DNA of 63,127 nucleotides, filler included, from Reticulomyxa filosa (GCA_000512085.1; 24 parts of 24 records of this genome joined end to end with filler, not necessarily neighbours in it); one strand, 5' to 3'; shown: positions 13,514-27,413, counted from the first letter of the whole stretch. Numbers and translations are program-made. The notes: generated by a model from the sequence alone, not told the origin.

Positions 13514-14352
13514 GACAAAATGATATGAATTGAATGACCGAACTGGAAAATATAATTAAATAGCTGACATAGCAAAGCACATAAAAACGTTGTGGGCAGA
13601 TGATGCAATCAAAAAAGCGTTTTGCAACCGAACGAATTTGGGAATAGTTGACAGCTGTCCTTATTTTTTTGACAATATTGAAAGAATAGGAGTAAATGAT
13701 TATGAACCAACTGAAGAGGACATCCTTTTGGCCAGAATCCCCACCACTGGTGTGTAACTTTCGACAGAGAAAGAGGGAGGTGCAATTATTATTGATTGTA
13801 TGTTTGATTTTGGCTGAAGACTATTCAAAACATTTGTGTATGCGTGTGTGGTGGTGGGGCAGGGGGTGGAAAAAAAAAAAAAAAAAAAAAGGGGATCAGA
13901 GAATCCACATTTAAAGTTGAAGATAATGCATTTGATCTATTTGACGTTGGTGGGCAAAGAAGTGAACGAAGCAAGTGGATCCATTGTTTTGACAACGTCA
14001 ACGCTGTGTTATTCGTGGCAAGTTTGAATTGTTATGATCAGAATTTGTTTGAAGATGAAGATGTCAACGCCATGGATGAAAGTTTGGGCTTATTCAACGA
14101 GGTCATCAACAGCAGGTTTGTTTGAATCTTTTTTTTAATTTCATGTGTCGTGTAAATTGTTGAACCATCATATATACGCATACTTACTTTTTACACCAAT
14201 CCCCCTTTTTAAAAAACCCTTCGAAAAAAAAAACTTGATAAAATAAATAAAAAGATATTTCAAGAAAAGACAAACGATATTGTTGCGACATTTCGACAAT
14301 GCGAATATGCGTTTGATTAAGTTCACCAAGTCGTCGTATGCAAGTGTTTGAT
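13514..14352 (+). CDS. Heterotrimeric G-protein alpha subunit fragment with an aberrant 3' end (possible pseudogene)
   Basis: LWADDAIK..DSCPYFFD..YEPTEEDILLARIPTTG / DVGGQRSERSKWIHCF..LFVASL..YDQ.LFED; third exon YFKKRQTILLRHF lacks the NKxD motif. Confidence 0.88.
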
Positions 14353-14493
14353 GAGGAATGTATTTGTTAATTTTTTTTTTTTTTTTTAATATCTTATAAT
14401 TCAGCCAAGGTCGCCCAACGGTTAGGGTACTACAAAAGATGTAGTATTTGTTTGCTTTTTTATTTCTTTTTTTTTTTTTATTGTATTTTATCC

Positions 14494-14604
14494 GGGGGTT
14501 GAGGGTTGGTGATTGGGAGTTGAAGGGTTGGTGATTTAAGGGTTGGCAATTGGGGGTTGAAGGGTTGGTGATATAAGGGTTGGTAATTGGAGGGTTGGGG
14601 TGGC
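14494..14604 (+). repeat. G-rich GGGTTG-based tandem repeat (about 37-bp unit)
   Basis: gggagttgaagggttggtgatttaagggttggcaatt / gggggttgaagggttggtgatataagggttggtaatt plus partial flanking copies. Confidence 0.8.
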
Positions 14605-15599
14605 ATAACTTTAATCAGATGGGGCCACCTCATGTGACTATTGAGAGAAGTGGTCACTTAATGAATGGTAGCTATAGCAGGCAGTTACCACTTCATGTAA
14701 GTTCCACTGATTTCAATAAAATCATGTGGATGCTCCAAATGATTACGTCATGACCTGTGGCTATATTAGCTGCAACATGACCATGTGGGGCCACCTCAAG
14801 TAACTTAACAAATGCAAAATCATGTCGCCACAACATGTGACTGCATTTGTTACACATCTTGTAACTGCCCCACGCAAANNNNNNNNNNNNNNNNNNNNNN
14901 NNNNNNNNNNNNNNNNNNNNNNTTAATTAATTAANNNNNNNNNNNNNNNNNNNNNNNNNNNNNNNNNNNNNNNNNNNNTGGAAAAGGATACGTCAATGGA
15001 CAGCAATTGCAAATGGAAGATTTTGAAGCGGGAATTGTCACTCCAAATATTTTCTAAACACACATATCCATTTTTTTTTTTTAGCATGTATTTTCTCATT
15101 TTCTTTCTGAGAATATAAAAAAGTATAAAATAATATAATGAACTTTTAAATGACTTTCCAACACATTCTAAATTAATTATCTTCTGAATACTTGAACGAC
15201 GGTCAAATTCAATATGGCGATATTTATATCATTTTCAAGAATTTTCTGGCAATTGATAAAATGATGCCAACAGCTAGCAGAAACGAGAAGACAGTCACTG
15301 CATGTCGATTTGGGAATGGTCTATCACAAGTTCAATATGGTTTATTTCAATCTTCGAATATTGAATGAAATACTTTGATCATTGCTGGTGTTAAATTGCA
15401 CCTTTAATTTCCTTTTTGATGCTAATCTATTATTATCGTTATTTATTATTATTATTGTTGTTGTATAATCTATATAGACTTGGAAGAAGCATATATGCTA
15501 TTACTTATATCTTTTCATCATTGTTTTGACTTTTTTGATCTTGTTTCAAAGGCAACTATCCAATTGTTACTTCCTCCTCCTTGGTATGATCCAAATTTC

Positions 15600-17690
15600 A
15601 CAACTGCTTTGCCTATTTTTATATGTCATTGTTTCATTTCACGATATAAAAAAAAAAATTTCTTGTAAGGAAAATAACCACGAAACAAGTGTCATCGACG
15701 ACCGTAGACTCTTCAAACAAATCTTCTCCCAATGTAATGTTTCTTGCTTGCTTGTTCACACGTAGAATTACCAAAGTATTTGATAACATATCCTTGCAAC
15801 CGATATCAAAGACAGTGACATTTTTTGAAAATGTGTAATGCAACACTCACTCAATCAAAGCGTATTCAAAAAAATAAAAATAAAAATAAAACAATCAATT
15901 GTACCTCAATCACTTTTTATTTTTTTGTCTCTTTCAATGAAACAGCTGATCTACCCAACGAACCTTCATGTATAAGATTTTTATCAAACACCCTCCAAGG
16001 CACGCGAACTGCAAATTGAAGCTGCAACTATGATTCTTCACTTAGCCATTCCTTTTGCTGATTGGATACGACAATGGACACATACGAATCGCCTTCTTTA
16101 CCAAACGGCGTGCTTCCACATCTTTCAAGTACAGCTGCATCTCATTTCTGCGGTTTTTATTGTCTTGGTTGCTGATCCAGACTTGCAAATCGGATTTGAT
16201 AGCTTGTTTCTGTTTCTAGAATGGCTTGTATTTTTTTTTAGATTGACTTTAAATCGAATAATCCCAATTTCAATTGGCTGATGATATTTTCAGTCTTTTC
16301 AACTTTGATAACTCTTGTGTAATGTTCGTATGTTCCACAGCACAATATAATTGCATATCATTTTTGATAGAGCCTGTGTTGGAATAGATTTTTTCTCGAC
16401 GTCAATAAGTATATCAAATTTATATTGTTTTTATTTGATTGTAACTGACAGTGGTGATCGGTACCATAATCTTTCTATTCTTGTTTCGATCCTGGCATTT
16501 TTGTGAAAGTAGCACGCCCGAATCCTTTTCAAATAGAATTTGACAAGTAGGGATCGTTTCTTTCATCATTTCTTGTCATGGTTTTAAGCGAGTCCTAAAA
16601 AAAAAAAAAGTTTGGCTCCGATAACTGCACAAGTATTTTTTGGACAATTTATAATCATTTAATACAAACACAACTGTTGAACTGTTTCCAAATATATGCA
16701 AAGCCAGGAATTCCTTGTCGCCTTCGTTCACATTAATGTACAACGGAATAAATGCATTCGCGATTTGAGTGGTCCAGTTTTTTTTACGAATCGATATTAT
16801 CATTCACATACTACGTGGGAATTGATCGATTCTGGATATGTTACGTATTTTTGCTCTATCGTTGGCTCCCTTTTGATTGCTTTCGCGATCTCATACGCCG
16901 CTGCAAAGGATTCCGAAATTTTTCCAACTGTACAATTTTGGGAGGTCGAGTGCGACAGTTTTTTTCCTGATGTTTCTGTCCTTTCAATAAATTGGGCCAT
17001 ATCATCTAATATTCATTTACATTAACAACAATGATACTAATGTAAATGTGTTATCATTTGAAACAAACAAAAGCGAATGCTTTCTGATAAACATACCACA
17101 AAAATAATCAAAGATAATCCGGTAAATCGCAAATCCAGTCAGCATAAAACATTTACAAACCACTTCATTTCCCAATTGATAGCATTCAGTGCGAACATAA
17201 ACTTTTTCTTTGATAAATTCGTTCACGTTCATCTTCTTTGTACGTCTGTGTTTGAAAAGGAAAAAAAAGGACGTTTTTTTAAATGTAAAAAAAAAAATGG
17301 AGCCTTTAACATTGACAACGTGAGAATAGATTATGCCATTTCCATCAAATTCTTCGTATGTGTCAATGGGTGCTTTAAAGGGATGAGTATTTACAACTCC
17401 ATTTTCATTGTCGATGGACGACGCCCAGAAATAGTCACATTTTCTTTTTTTTTCTGACCCAAAGATTCCATATGTATAAATCGATTGATATATTGAAAAA
17501 AAGCAAAGACAAAACTCCAAATTGTTTAATCGGGCATATGCAACTCTTATAATATGATTTGCGCTGTTCACAAACTGCATTGAGTCCCAAGGATGCTAAA
17601 AGATTGTTATAGCTCAAACACCGACCATTCTTCCAGTCTTGTTGCCTATATTGTGACAGAGACACAAGCACATCCTTTGTGCGCCATTCA
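15600..17690 (-). pseudogene. Degraded multi-exon gene of unknown family
   Basis: Successive protein-like minus-strand frames broken by stops and frameshifts; no family motif recognised. Confidence 0.35.
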
Positions 17691-18309
17691 ATAACAGAAA
17701 TATGTTTTCATTTAGTCAACAAAAAAAAGCAATCACTAAACTGAACATTTGATCCAACGAATGATGTCCAAAATTATATAACAATTTGAAACAAGTATTT
17801 GTTTCAATTTCCAAAAGGCAGCGGAAGGTCATTGAAATTTTGAGCGTTCGTTTGAACAGCAATTTCCGGCCTTTTCTTTTTTTTCAACGAGATTGAGACA
17901 ATTGCGCCAAATTATCTATCATTATTCACACATTTTATATATTTTAAATAAAAACAACAAAAAAAATATATTAACTTAAATCAATTTTTTTTTCTTTTTT
18001 TCTCATTTTTATTCATTTTCTTCCATTTTTTATTTTTTTCTTATTTTTCCTTTTTTATTTTTTTCTTCTTTTTTTTTATTTTTTTTCTACTTCATTTTTT
18101 TTCCCTTCATTTTTTTATTTCTTTTTCCATACTATTTTTTCCATTTTTCATAATATTTCCCCAATTTTTTTATTATTTTTTCCCATTTATTTTCCCAAAT
18201 TTAGTATCCNNNNNNNNNNNNNNNNNNNNNNNNNNNNNNNNNNNNNNNNNNNNTTAATTAATTAANNNNNNNNNNNNNNNNNNNNNNNNNNNNNNNNNNN
18301 NNNNNNNNN

Positions 18310-19590
18310 ACAATGTACCACGCGCCAAAGCGAATTGGCAGTGGAGGCAAGTTGAAGGACATTGTGTCAGGTTTGACATTCATTTCACAATATATATACA
18401 TATATATATATATGTATATATATGCGTGTAGGGAGAAAAAAAAAAAAACACAACTTGTAAAAGAGTGGCATGAATGATATGTCAATAAAACATTAACATA
18501 ACATAACATAACATAACATCTTTAAAAAAAAAAAAAAATGAAAGTAATATTGGACAAACCCGAAACCATTTACGTGCACACCTTTCCGAAGCGAGATGAT
18601 ATTTACACCATCGAGTGCTCTTCCAAAAACTGTTCCGAAATCTTGATTTTTTTGTTTGTTTGTTTGTTTGTTTGTTTGTCATAACCAACGACGACATATG
18701 ATTTATATGATGCATATATACATATATACATGTATATATGTATATATGTTTATAAGTGGAGTGAAAAATTGTGAAAGAAAATCTGCTTGTATGTAGTCGC
18801 AACAGACAGTATACGACCGGGTGTCAGTTTATTTCAAAGAAGACAAAGACCTAATGTTCAGCAAAGATTCTCCAAAAGATGTCTATGCTCAGATCAGCTG
18901 TTGAGACATAACTTTTATATATATAAAAAAAAAAAAAAAAAAAGTAAAGTGTCTTGCACATTGCTCCATTTCAGAGTGTGGTGTGTATGTACGTCACAGA
19001 CAAGCCAGGCTCCAACTTCAGCTCAATTCTAGCTCTAGCTCTAGCTCCAGTACCAATGGCTTCTCATGGGTACTATCCACTTGCGATTCTTCTTTTTGTT
19101 GTTTGCTTATTTAAACAAGAAAAGAAAACAAGTGCTTGGACGGGTGGGGGGGGGGGGGGGAAAAAAAAAAAGGAATGGCAAGATGATGATGGCACCTGGA
19201 CTCCATATCCCTACGATTTCTGTCTTAACTTGGAGAAGGCCATGATTGGCGATAAGGTAGAACCAACTTTCTGTGTTTCTGTGTTGTGTGCACTTTGGTG
19301 CGATTGGGGTTGTTCCGTATACTCACTCCATTTTGTACTTGCGCCGTGTATTTATACATACATACATACATATGTATGTATGTGTGTATATATTGCCAAT
19401 GAAATATATACATATACATAAATATACATGTATATGATTGGGAAAGCTGCCATTGAAAAACTCCAGCACCGGCGTCGAATACATTGTACACAAAACCGAG
19501 ATTGACAAAGCTATGCAATATCGTCCACAAACCACGAAGACACGATATGTGCGACGAACTGGCAACAAAAGTGAAGTTGTTTATACAGTC
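18310..19590 (+). CDS. Multi-exon WWE-domain protein (partial)
   Basis: EWQDDDGTWTPYPYDFCLNLEKA (19172-19255) plus KLPLKNSSTGVEYIV...AMQY..TTKTRYVRR (19440-19560) fit the WWE consensus. Confidence 0.75.
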
Positions 19591-20120
19591 AGTTGTTCTT
19601 TCCCTTTTCCCCCCCCCCCCNNNNNNNNNNNNNNNNNNNNNNNNNNNNNNNNNNNNNNNNNNNNTTAATTAATTAANNNNNNNNNNNNNNNNNNNNNNNN
19701 NNNNNNNNNNNNNNNNNNNNAAATTTTGATCGCTTCTATTGTTCTCACGCAAAAAAAACAAAAAATCAAAAGTGTTTTCAGTTTTTTTCATGGATTAAAC
19801 TTTAACTGAGAGTGAACAGGGAAAACAGATAGGCATTTTTACATTAAATTTACAAAAGTTATAACTATAGTTTTATGCTTTTATCTATTCACCACATCTC
19901 AGGATTTGTTATGTCTTGCTTAAGTACTGCAAATTAGCACATCCTTCGTTAGCATTTATATTGAAAGCAAAATGATCACTTAGATGTACCTCCTAAAAAC
20001 TTTTGCTTTTGTTAATTTTACTTTCCTCTTTAACAATCTTTAGGCTTATTTCGAATAGTTTACTTTTTCACATTTGAAAAAATTATTTATTAGACGGGAG
20101 GGGCGAGATTGAACGCATTA

Positions 20121-21509
20121 ATGCATTATCTATCTCGACGACATAAAAGCGTACTAAATTCTCTGTTGCGAGAAGATGCAGGGATATTGCCCTTGTCCTT
20201 GGGTGCAGAGCGCGTTGAAGCGCCCAAGACATATCGATTCCCCGCGACAATAAACTGGTATCCAGGACACATGGTAAAGGCGTTGGAGTCGATGAAACAA
20301 GAGTTTTTGCCCCGAGCGCACATGATTTTAGAAATCCGCGACGCAAGAATTCCAATAACGTCATCCAACCCCCAAATCGAGGCGTTGATAAAGCATAAAC
20401 ACCGCCTGATACTATTCAACAAAGCAGACCTATTGAATCGATCTCAAAAGGCCCTGTTGCTCAAATACATTGAACAAACATACGGTGCGGATTCGATAGT
20501 GAAGAACGAGGATAGTGATGATGATGATGACGATGATGATAATGACAATAATAAGAAGGAAAAAAAGCCAGTCGTGCATGCATCGCGAATAAAGCCTAAG
20601 GTAACAACCAGTGCAACACCAGCCAAGCCACGCAATGTCGCAACTGTCAAAGCTGTCTTGGGAAATTCGAGGGAACACTTTTGCAGTAAGCGTACGAGTC
20701 GGTTGTTGAAAGGCATGGGAATGCAATTTGCGAGGTGGAGATCCTTGCCTATTATTGTTGCTGTGGTAGGTTAGATTTTTTTAAAATTGAAATAAAGAAT
20801 TTATTTATTTATTTCATTTTTTTTTTTTTGTTAACCCCTTTTTTTTTTAATTAAAAAAAAAAAAAAAAGGGTATCCCAATGTTGGGAAATCCACAATGAT
20901 AAATTCGTTACGCAATTTGCATGGACTGAAGGGCAGGGCCCAGGTCGGACCCAAGGCGGGAGTGACAAGGACCATCACGGCCTTCAAAATTTGCAATGAG
21001 CCTTTAATTCATGTCCTCGACACGCCTGGCATCTTTGTCACGGCGCTTAAGAAAGATAGCGAAGTGGACATTGCCAGAGGTATGAAATTGGCTTTGTGTG
21101 GATGTCTTAACGATTCTGTCGTTGGCTCCTTGGATATTGCCAATTATTGCTTGCATTTGATGAACACGTTAAGTTTCCTAATTATACAAGTATATAAAAT
21201 ATTTGACATTGAATGGTGATAATGTGTTCAATGCTTTGAAGGCTTGGATATCAAGAGCGATATATGAAACTGTGCAATGTATCGACACCAATGCATGATG
21301 TAGAAGCATTGATGCATGCTCTAGGACAAAAGATGAACTTCAAATCCTCTGTGGGCAAAATCTTTGTCAATGACGATGTCAGAAATTCCCATCTGACTGA
21401 CTCCATTATTGATGTCAACAAAGCTGCAGACTTGTTTGTTCAATGGTATAGAGAAGGCTTATTGCTGCCACATATTTTGGATGATTTGTCAACACGAAAG
21501 GCACGATAA
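20121..21509 (+). CDS. MTG1: Mitochondrial ribosome-assembly GTPase, RbgA/YlqF family (3 exons)
   Basis: INWYPGHM, EIRDARIP, NKAD, VVG|YPNVGKSTMINSL, GVTR, DTPG in circularly permuted order. Confidence 0.92.
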
Positions 21510-22331
21510 ATCATTTCGGAATCAATAAAAAGATAAAGTGCTTGATCATAGAAATGGAACTTTTTCCCTTGTGTTTACAAGGGAACTGAAACAAAAAAAT
21601 GGTCTGTCTAACAGTTCAAACGGAGAGAAATGGTTTTCTCTTTGCACAAACAAATGTCGAAATACTCCAATTATCCAATCTGATAAATTGCTTTTGTTTA
21701 AGGTTCTTGTTCGCGTGCTTTTTTTTTATGTTTATCATGAAGTTGGTAATCAATTTATATTTTGTTGTCTTTGTTGTTGGTTTGTAAAAACCAATAACAG
21801 AATGTTCAAAATAAAATTATATTGGTTTTCGCTGTTTAAAAAACTCTGGTCCAGTTCCAATTAAAATAGAAATGATGCTGAAGACTCAGCTATGCATTTC
21901 AAATAATCTCTTAGCAAACTTGATTAAAAAATGAATACAAAATTTTGAAAGACTCAACACAAATCCATTAAACGAACAGTTGATATTTTTTTTGCAAAAA
22001 AAATATCAAAACATACAATCAAAGAAAAAGGTGAGGTAAATCTTTCCGTTCTGAAGTATTGAACCTGTGAAAAAGATATTTAAACAAAAACGAGGTGAAA
22101 TAGAATTTATGTACTTTCTAATTAACCGGAAGACGGCAAGAGGGGGATAAATAGCGGTACAATGATCTCTTCTTTTGTTTCTTTTATTCTTGTACGTTTC
22201 AAAACTTTTAAGCCCTTTTAAAAAATAGAAAACACACATGTCAGATACTGTATTCCTTATCCTTTTCTCTCTTCGTTGACTACCAGCTTTAAAAAAACAA
22301 AAAACAAAAGATGACATACCAAAGTAAGACA

Positions 22332-23330
22332 TTACACTTGCACTTCTTCCTTCACTTGGATTGCATCAGCGTTACTTTGAGTCGAAGTAAATTGTTGATA
22401 TCCACTACTTTTTTTCCGTTTGATTAAGCATATCAGTGAGAAAGCAGCGACAACAAGTATGAAGAGCACTACACCAATGACAATGCCCACAGTAACAAAG
22501 ATTTGGTGTTTTTTGTTATTGTCTTTAGTGTCTTCACCGCCACCACATTGGCTCCCATTTTCGGTGCAATCCAAATTGCCACAAGCTTGCTGATAATTCT
22601 TATCACCATTTTCGTACAACAAACAAGCACTTGCGGCGACAATCCAATCTTATATTATTATTATATTTGCTGAAAGTGAGTTGCACATTGATATAAACAA
22701 AACGCTACAAACCGTAATAAAATCCAATGTCAGTGTATACAGCTTTCAATAATGCGCCAGTCAATCAATCACGCAAATATCCAAAAATGGTGTGTCAAAA
22801 TCACCCCCCATGGACGCACAAGCAATTTAAGCATTTACATTATACATATGCATATGCACATATACAATATGTATATATATTTTTGAGGCGATTCGTTTAA
22901 TCAGAAGCTCATAAAAGGATAGCACAAAATAAAATGTACCTGGCACATTGTCTGCACACTCGAACCCCCTGATAGTGTTGTCGGACACAAACATTACACA
23001 TATGTATATATGCAATATGTAACAAATCATGTTGTCTTTACTCAAAAAAAAAAGCAGGGTAGATAGGTACCTTACCATGAAACAAGTCCGATTTGCTTTC
23101 CTTTGTTCGAATGTCCCTTCAGCAGTGGGCTTCCACTGTCGCCTGTGATTTTCGTCATTAACGGAGTTGCTCATTCATATAACACATATTCTTTATGTCC
23201 CCCCCCCCCCCTTCCGTCCTCTCGTTCACTCCTCTCTCTTCCTTGTCCTCTACAACCATACCAACAACAAAAGAAACGTAAGTGTAGACCTTGGCAAGCG
23301 TCACGTTTGTAATCGTACGCACAGAGCATT
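22332..23330 (-). CDS. Cys-containing type I membrane protein (partial) with a GYQQF cytosolic motif
   Basis: Cys-rich exons, single TM IFVTVGIVIGVVLFILVVAAFSLICLI, then KRKKSSGYQQF. Confidence 0.6.
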
Positions 23331-24499
23331 CCTTTTTTTTTTTTTGGAATTTGTTTTGTTTATTCAAACAAATATAATTTTTTTTAGTAAAAAAAAAAAT
23401 CTGAATTTAGCGACATATAATAAACAAGAGAGGATTGTATGAAAGCGAANNNNNNNNNNNNNNNNNNNNNNNNNNNNNNNNNNNNNNNNNNNNTTAATTA
23501 ATTAANNNNNNNNNNNNNNNNNNNNNNNNNNNNNNNNNNNNNNNNNNNNAAAAGAAAAATATGATTCAAAGACAAAAATTAGGTAGTGACAACGCTACAT
23601 TAGATTGCAGAAAAAACTGAAATATACGAACGGCAGCTTATGAAAAGAATCGATTTTCTCCATGAAAGATAAACATTTGAACTTATTTTTTTTATTTTTG
23701 TTTTAAAATTTAGCTTTTCGAAAGGATTTAGTTGAAAAATACTAATAAGAAAAAGTTAAACTTGGAATATAGTTACATTATTGAGATAATCTAATTTATA
23801 AACATCACATAGTACATCAATGTAAAAATATCTTTTAGACTAAACAAAGATTAATTTGTGTAGAAGTTATTGAATCAAATATATTTGAAAATGAACAAAC
23901 CAAGACTTATATATAGTCAAAATAAAAAAATCAATGTTTGGTAAGTGTAGACCATCGTTTGATTTTGCTTTGATTCAAAATGTGTTATGCATGTGCAAGA
24001 TAGTAAAAATAAATGTTTATATGATTTATTTTATGTATTTTTGCAAAATTTTCAAAAAATTATGAAAAAATTATATTTTTAACCAGAAAAATTATTAAAA
24101 TTAAATTTCATATTTAAAAAATATAATATTTGCATATAATTTTTAAAAATTTGGTTTAAATGTTTATTTTTCACCGAGAAAATCGATTCTATTTAAGTTT
24201 GCTATTTTATATGACAGTTTTTTTGCAATTTACTGTAATTGATTGTACCAAAACAACAATTACAAACTTTCAATGGTTTTTTGTTGGTTGGAATTTTTGT
24301 TTAAGTCTAGTACATTCAGTGAATGTCATATGTTGATACCAAGGACATTTCGCCTGATCAAAAATAAATTACATTTATTTACAAAAAATTATCATGTGTT
24401 TGCGTAAGCCTTTTAAAAAATCTCTAGCTTTAACTCGTTTTAGTTCATAACGCGTTGTCAAAGTCAATACAATATTCCTCGTTTATCGTTGTCCCTAGA

Positions 24500-26071
24500 A
24501 ACATACTCAAGTTTTGAAATTCTCAATAAGTGTCAGAATATTGAAGCATGTCTGTTTTTTGAGATTGTTTTGCGATTGCATGATATTACAGCTCAATGTT
24601 GTTTTTAGAGTATCTTTTTTTTTATTCTGTTGGACTGTTCACATTTTAATTTTTGTAACGCGATAGAGAAGTGCATTTTCGTTGAAATTGTCCTTTATAA
24701 ATAAATTTAAAAAAATGATTTAAATAAATGACTGTGTCAATTTGATTTTTGTAATGTATTTAGATACAGTGTTTTGTCAATATGTGATTGTTTGGTTCTC
24801 ATGTTTTCTAAAAAGGTTTCAAAGTCAAGCAATGGTAGATAAAAATATATGTCTTCACATTTGGTATTTTTGATTTCCTTGACATATTTTTTCAATTCTT
24901 TCCATCGCAGGGACAAGTACTTTTCAAATTTTTCTTGACGTTTGGAAGGGAGAGGTGTTATACTGAGACAATTTGGATTCGGTTGTAGTTTTTGCTCCGT
25001 TTTATTTTTTTGGTTTTCTTTTGTATTTTTCTTTGTTTCTTTTCCAATCATTGCATGAGGGACACCAGACATCACTTGATGCATTTCTCCAAAAAAGGTG
25101 ACAGGATCTTCGTCCAAGCCTAATTTAGACAAAATTATCTGACGCATTTTTGCCTTTTCTGTTTCCATGGTTTTTGTGTCATGTTCGTTTACGTTTGTAA
25201 AGAGTCTCTCGGTATTGTAAAAAGCCTCCATTTGAATCGACACTGTAAGCCAAACGAACACAGTTCCAACTCTCTTATCAATTCAAACAATTAGACGATT
25301 ATATATGTTACTAACGCACACACACACAATGTTAGAGGATGCCTTACATTCAGCAGCATTGTAAGGCAAAAATTCAGCGTACGTCAAGTCAATCTTTGTA
25401 TCGTCAATCAGTTTTATTTCTTTTTGCAAAGGAGAGTCAGGTACTTTTTCCATCACGGTATACGTACCTACTTTTTCATACCATGTAGGAATGGGAACGT
25501 GTGGTTTACGATTTGGAGTGAGATCCAAGGAAGTGGCTCCTTTTGCGACTTGTTTGTGGATTGGCAGTGGCGCCAAAAAATCGTAAGCACAGAATATGGA
25601 TTTCAGCAAAAAGCGAACCAAAGAGGACAGCACATTTTCTACATTTTCTTGAAAGGGATACATGGACAAGCCCATTGCCGTTTTTTCAAACTCATTTAGC
25701 AAATGAGTCGCTCCATTTAACCGCACGGAGTTTTTCATTCCATCCGCGCTAGTTCTGTTTGTATCACAATACGAGCGCTGCAACGCCACATATGACTTCA
25801 ATGCAGTCGTGAATGCTTCAATGCATTGTCGATTGTGCTCCTTTTGTACATGCAAGTACGCCGTGTGTTTAGTAATGAATAATAAATTGTGCATTTTCAA
25901 AAAAAAAAAAAAAAAAAAAAAAAAGACGGCACTTCAAAATTGAATAGCTTTGTTCCAATTTTTCCGCATTCGATTAACAATTCGGCAACACACTCGGTAT
26001 TTTTTTTGGAGTCAATATCACCATATTCTGGTGTTGCCACCGTGGACAGATCATAGCAACAAAAACGTACC
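24500..26071 (-). CDS. Hypothetical helical protein (multi-exon, 5' truncated)
   Basis: ORFs 25283-25900 and 24737-25261 are linkable through introns; no family recognised. Confidence 0.5.
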
Positions 26072-26241
26072 CTAAAAAAAAAAAAAAAAAGAGTCTACTT
26101 TTTATACGTCTTTTTTTTTCGCACAAAAAAAAAAAAAAAAANNNNNNNNNNNNNNNNNNNNNNNNNNNNNNNNNNNNNNNNNNNNTTAATTAATTAANNN
26201 NNNNNNNNNNNNNNNNNNNNNNNNNNNNNNNNNNNNNNNNN

Positions 26242-27158
26242 GTCGTCCCTCGACGCAAGGACGGCCGCGAGCTGCCCGACGAGCGGCCCCTTGACGTTCA
26301 CGCTCTCGATATTCCGCTGGACCTGCTCAAGCAGGTAGCGCTTGGCTCCCGGGCCGTCATCGGTCGCGCCTGGGACGGTTCGGCGACACTGGTCCCGCCA
26401 CTTGCGTGATTGCAGATGTTTACGGCCTGCAGTTCGAGGCGGCCCAACGGCGGTTCGGACCCGCTCGGGCAGGCGCCGACGGTCAGGAACATTTCGTTGG
26501 TGTCGATGTAGAGCCAGGTGTCGGGCGGGCGCACGAGCAGTTGTGCGACAAAGCCCGCATCGACGCCGAGGTCGGCGGCGTAGCGGATCAGCGCCGAGGC
26601 ACCGGCCCTGCCCAGCCCGAAGCCGCGGGCGATTCCCGCTGTGGTGTCGCCCTTCGTCTCGTTCTGGATAGCCGCGGTATCCAGCGTGAAGTTGTGGAAG
26701 CCGACTTGACCGCCGATCTCGATGGTGCGGCTGGGAACGGGCATGGGCGGCAGTCGGCTGGCCGTACCGCCCAGGAAGGCCATTGCGCAGGCGGACAGGC
26801 AAACGTCGCCCTTGCGCACGCGTGTCGCGACCTCGAACTCGCGAAACAGATATCCGACCTTCAAACCTTCGAGCAGGTCGCCGCCGCTGCTGCTCAGTTC
26901 GGCGGTTGCCAGCGGTTGACCGGTTATCCTGCTGGTCTTGGTCTTGAGGCCGACCAGCATGACCCGCAGCTTGTCGCCGTCGCCCTGTTCGAAACGGCCG
27001 GTGATGCGAAGCGTATGGGCGATCAGGGGCGCCTTCGGGCTCAGGCCGGGAATCGACTTGCTGTCGAGGGTGATGTTGAAGGCACGGGCCTCCGGCACGA
27101 AGCTCCAGCAGAGGAAGCCGATCGCAAGTGCCGAGAACCACCTAGGCATCCCGGCCAC
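26242..27158 (-). CDS. Bacterial exported protein of the ClpP/crotonase-like periplasmic type (COG3904-like), 3' truncated
   Basis: Signal peptide ending ARA; LRITGRFEQGD, ELSSSGGDLLEGLKVG, CLSACAMAFLGG, VGFH; one missing base near 26346, after which the frame continues AKRYLLEQVQ. Confidence 0.75.
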
Positions 27159-27413
27159 TGCGCGCTGCCACCGCTTCGGAGTGCGTCACGCTTGTCCTCC
27201 GTTTCGCAGCAAAGCCCGGGAAGAATGCCCCGGCGCGATCAAAAAAAAGCGTACCATGCTACCACTTCTGTATTCACCATCCCTCTTTAGAGCATCGGTG
27301 CGGGGTCGATGATTGCGCTGGATCAAGGGCCCAGTCGGCGCCTTGGCTAGACTGGGATGACCGAACTCTGCGACGCGTTCAGGCGACGGTAGATGCACTC
27401 AAGTCGGGGGACG

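Noticed and set aside
14404-14446. tRNA gene
   Set aside because: Only a D-arm-like part; the anticodon loop is 5 nt and there is no T-arm or 3' acceptor strand
26194-27312. Long overlapping ORFs on alternative frames (315 aa minus, 294 aa plus)
   Set aside because: Shadow ORFs typical of GC-rich DNA; only the tail of the 315-aa frame is real, through the frameshift
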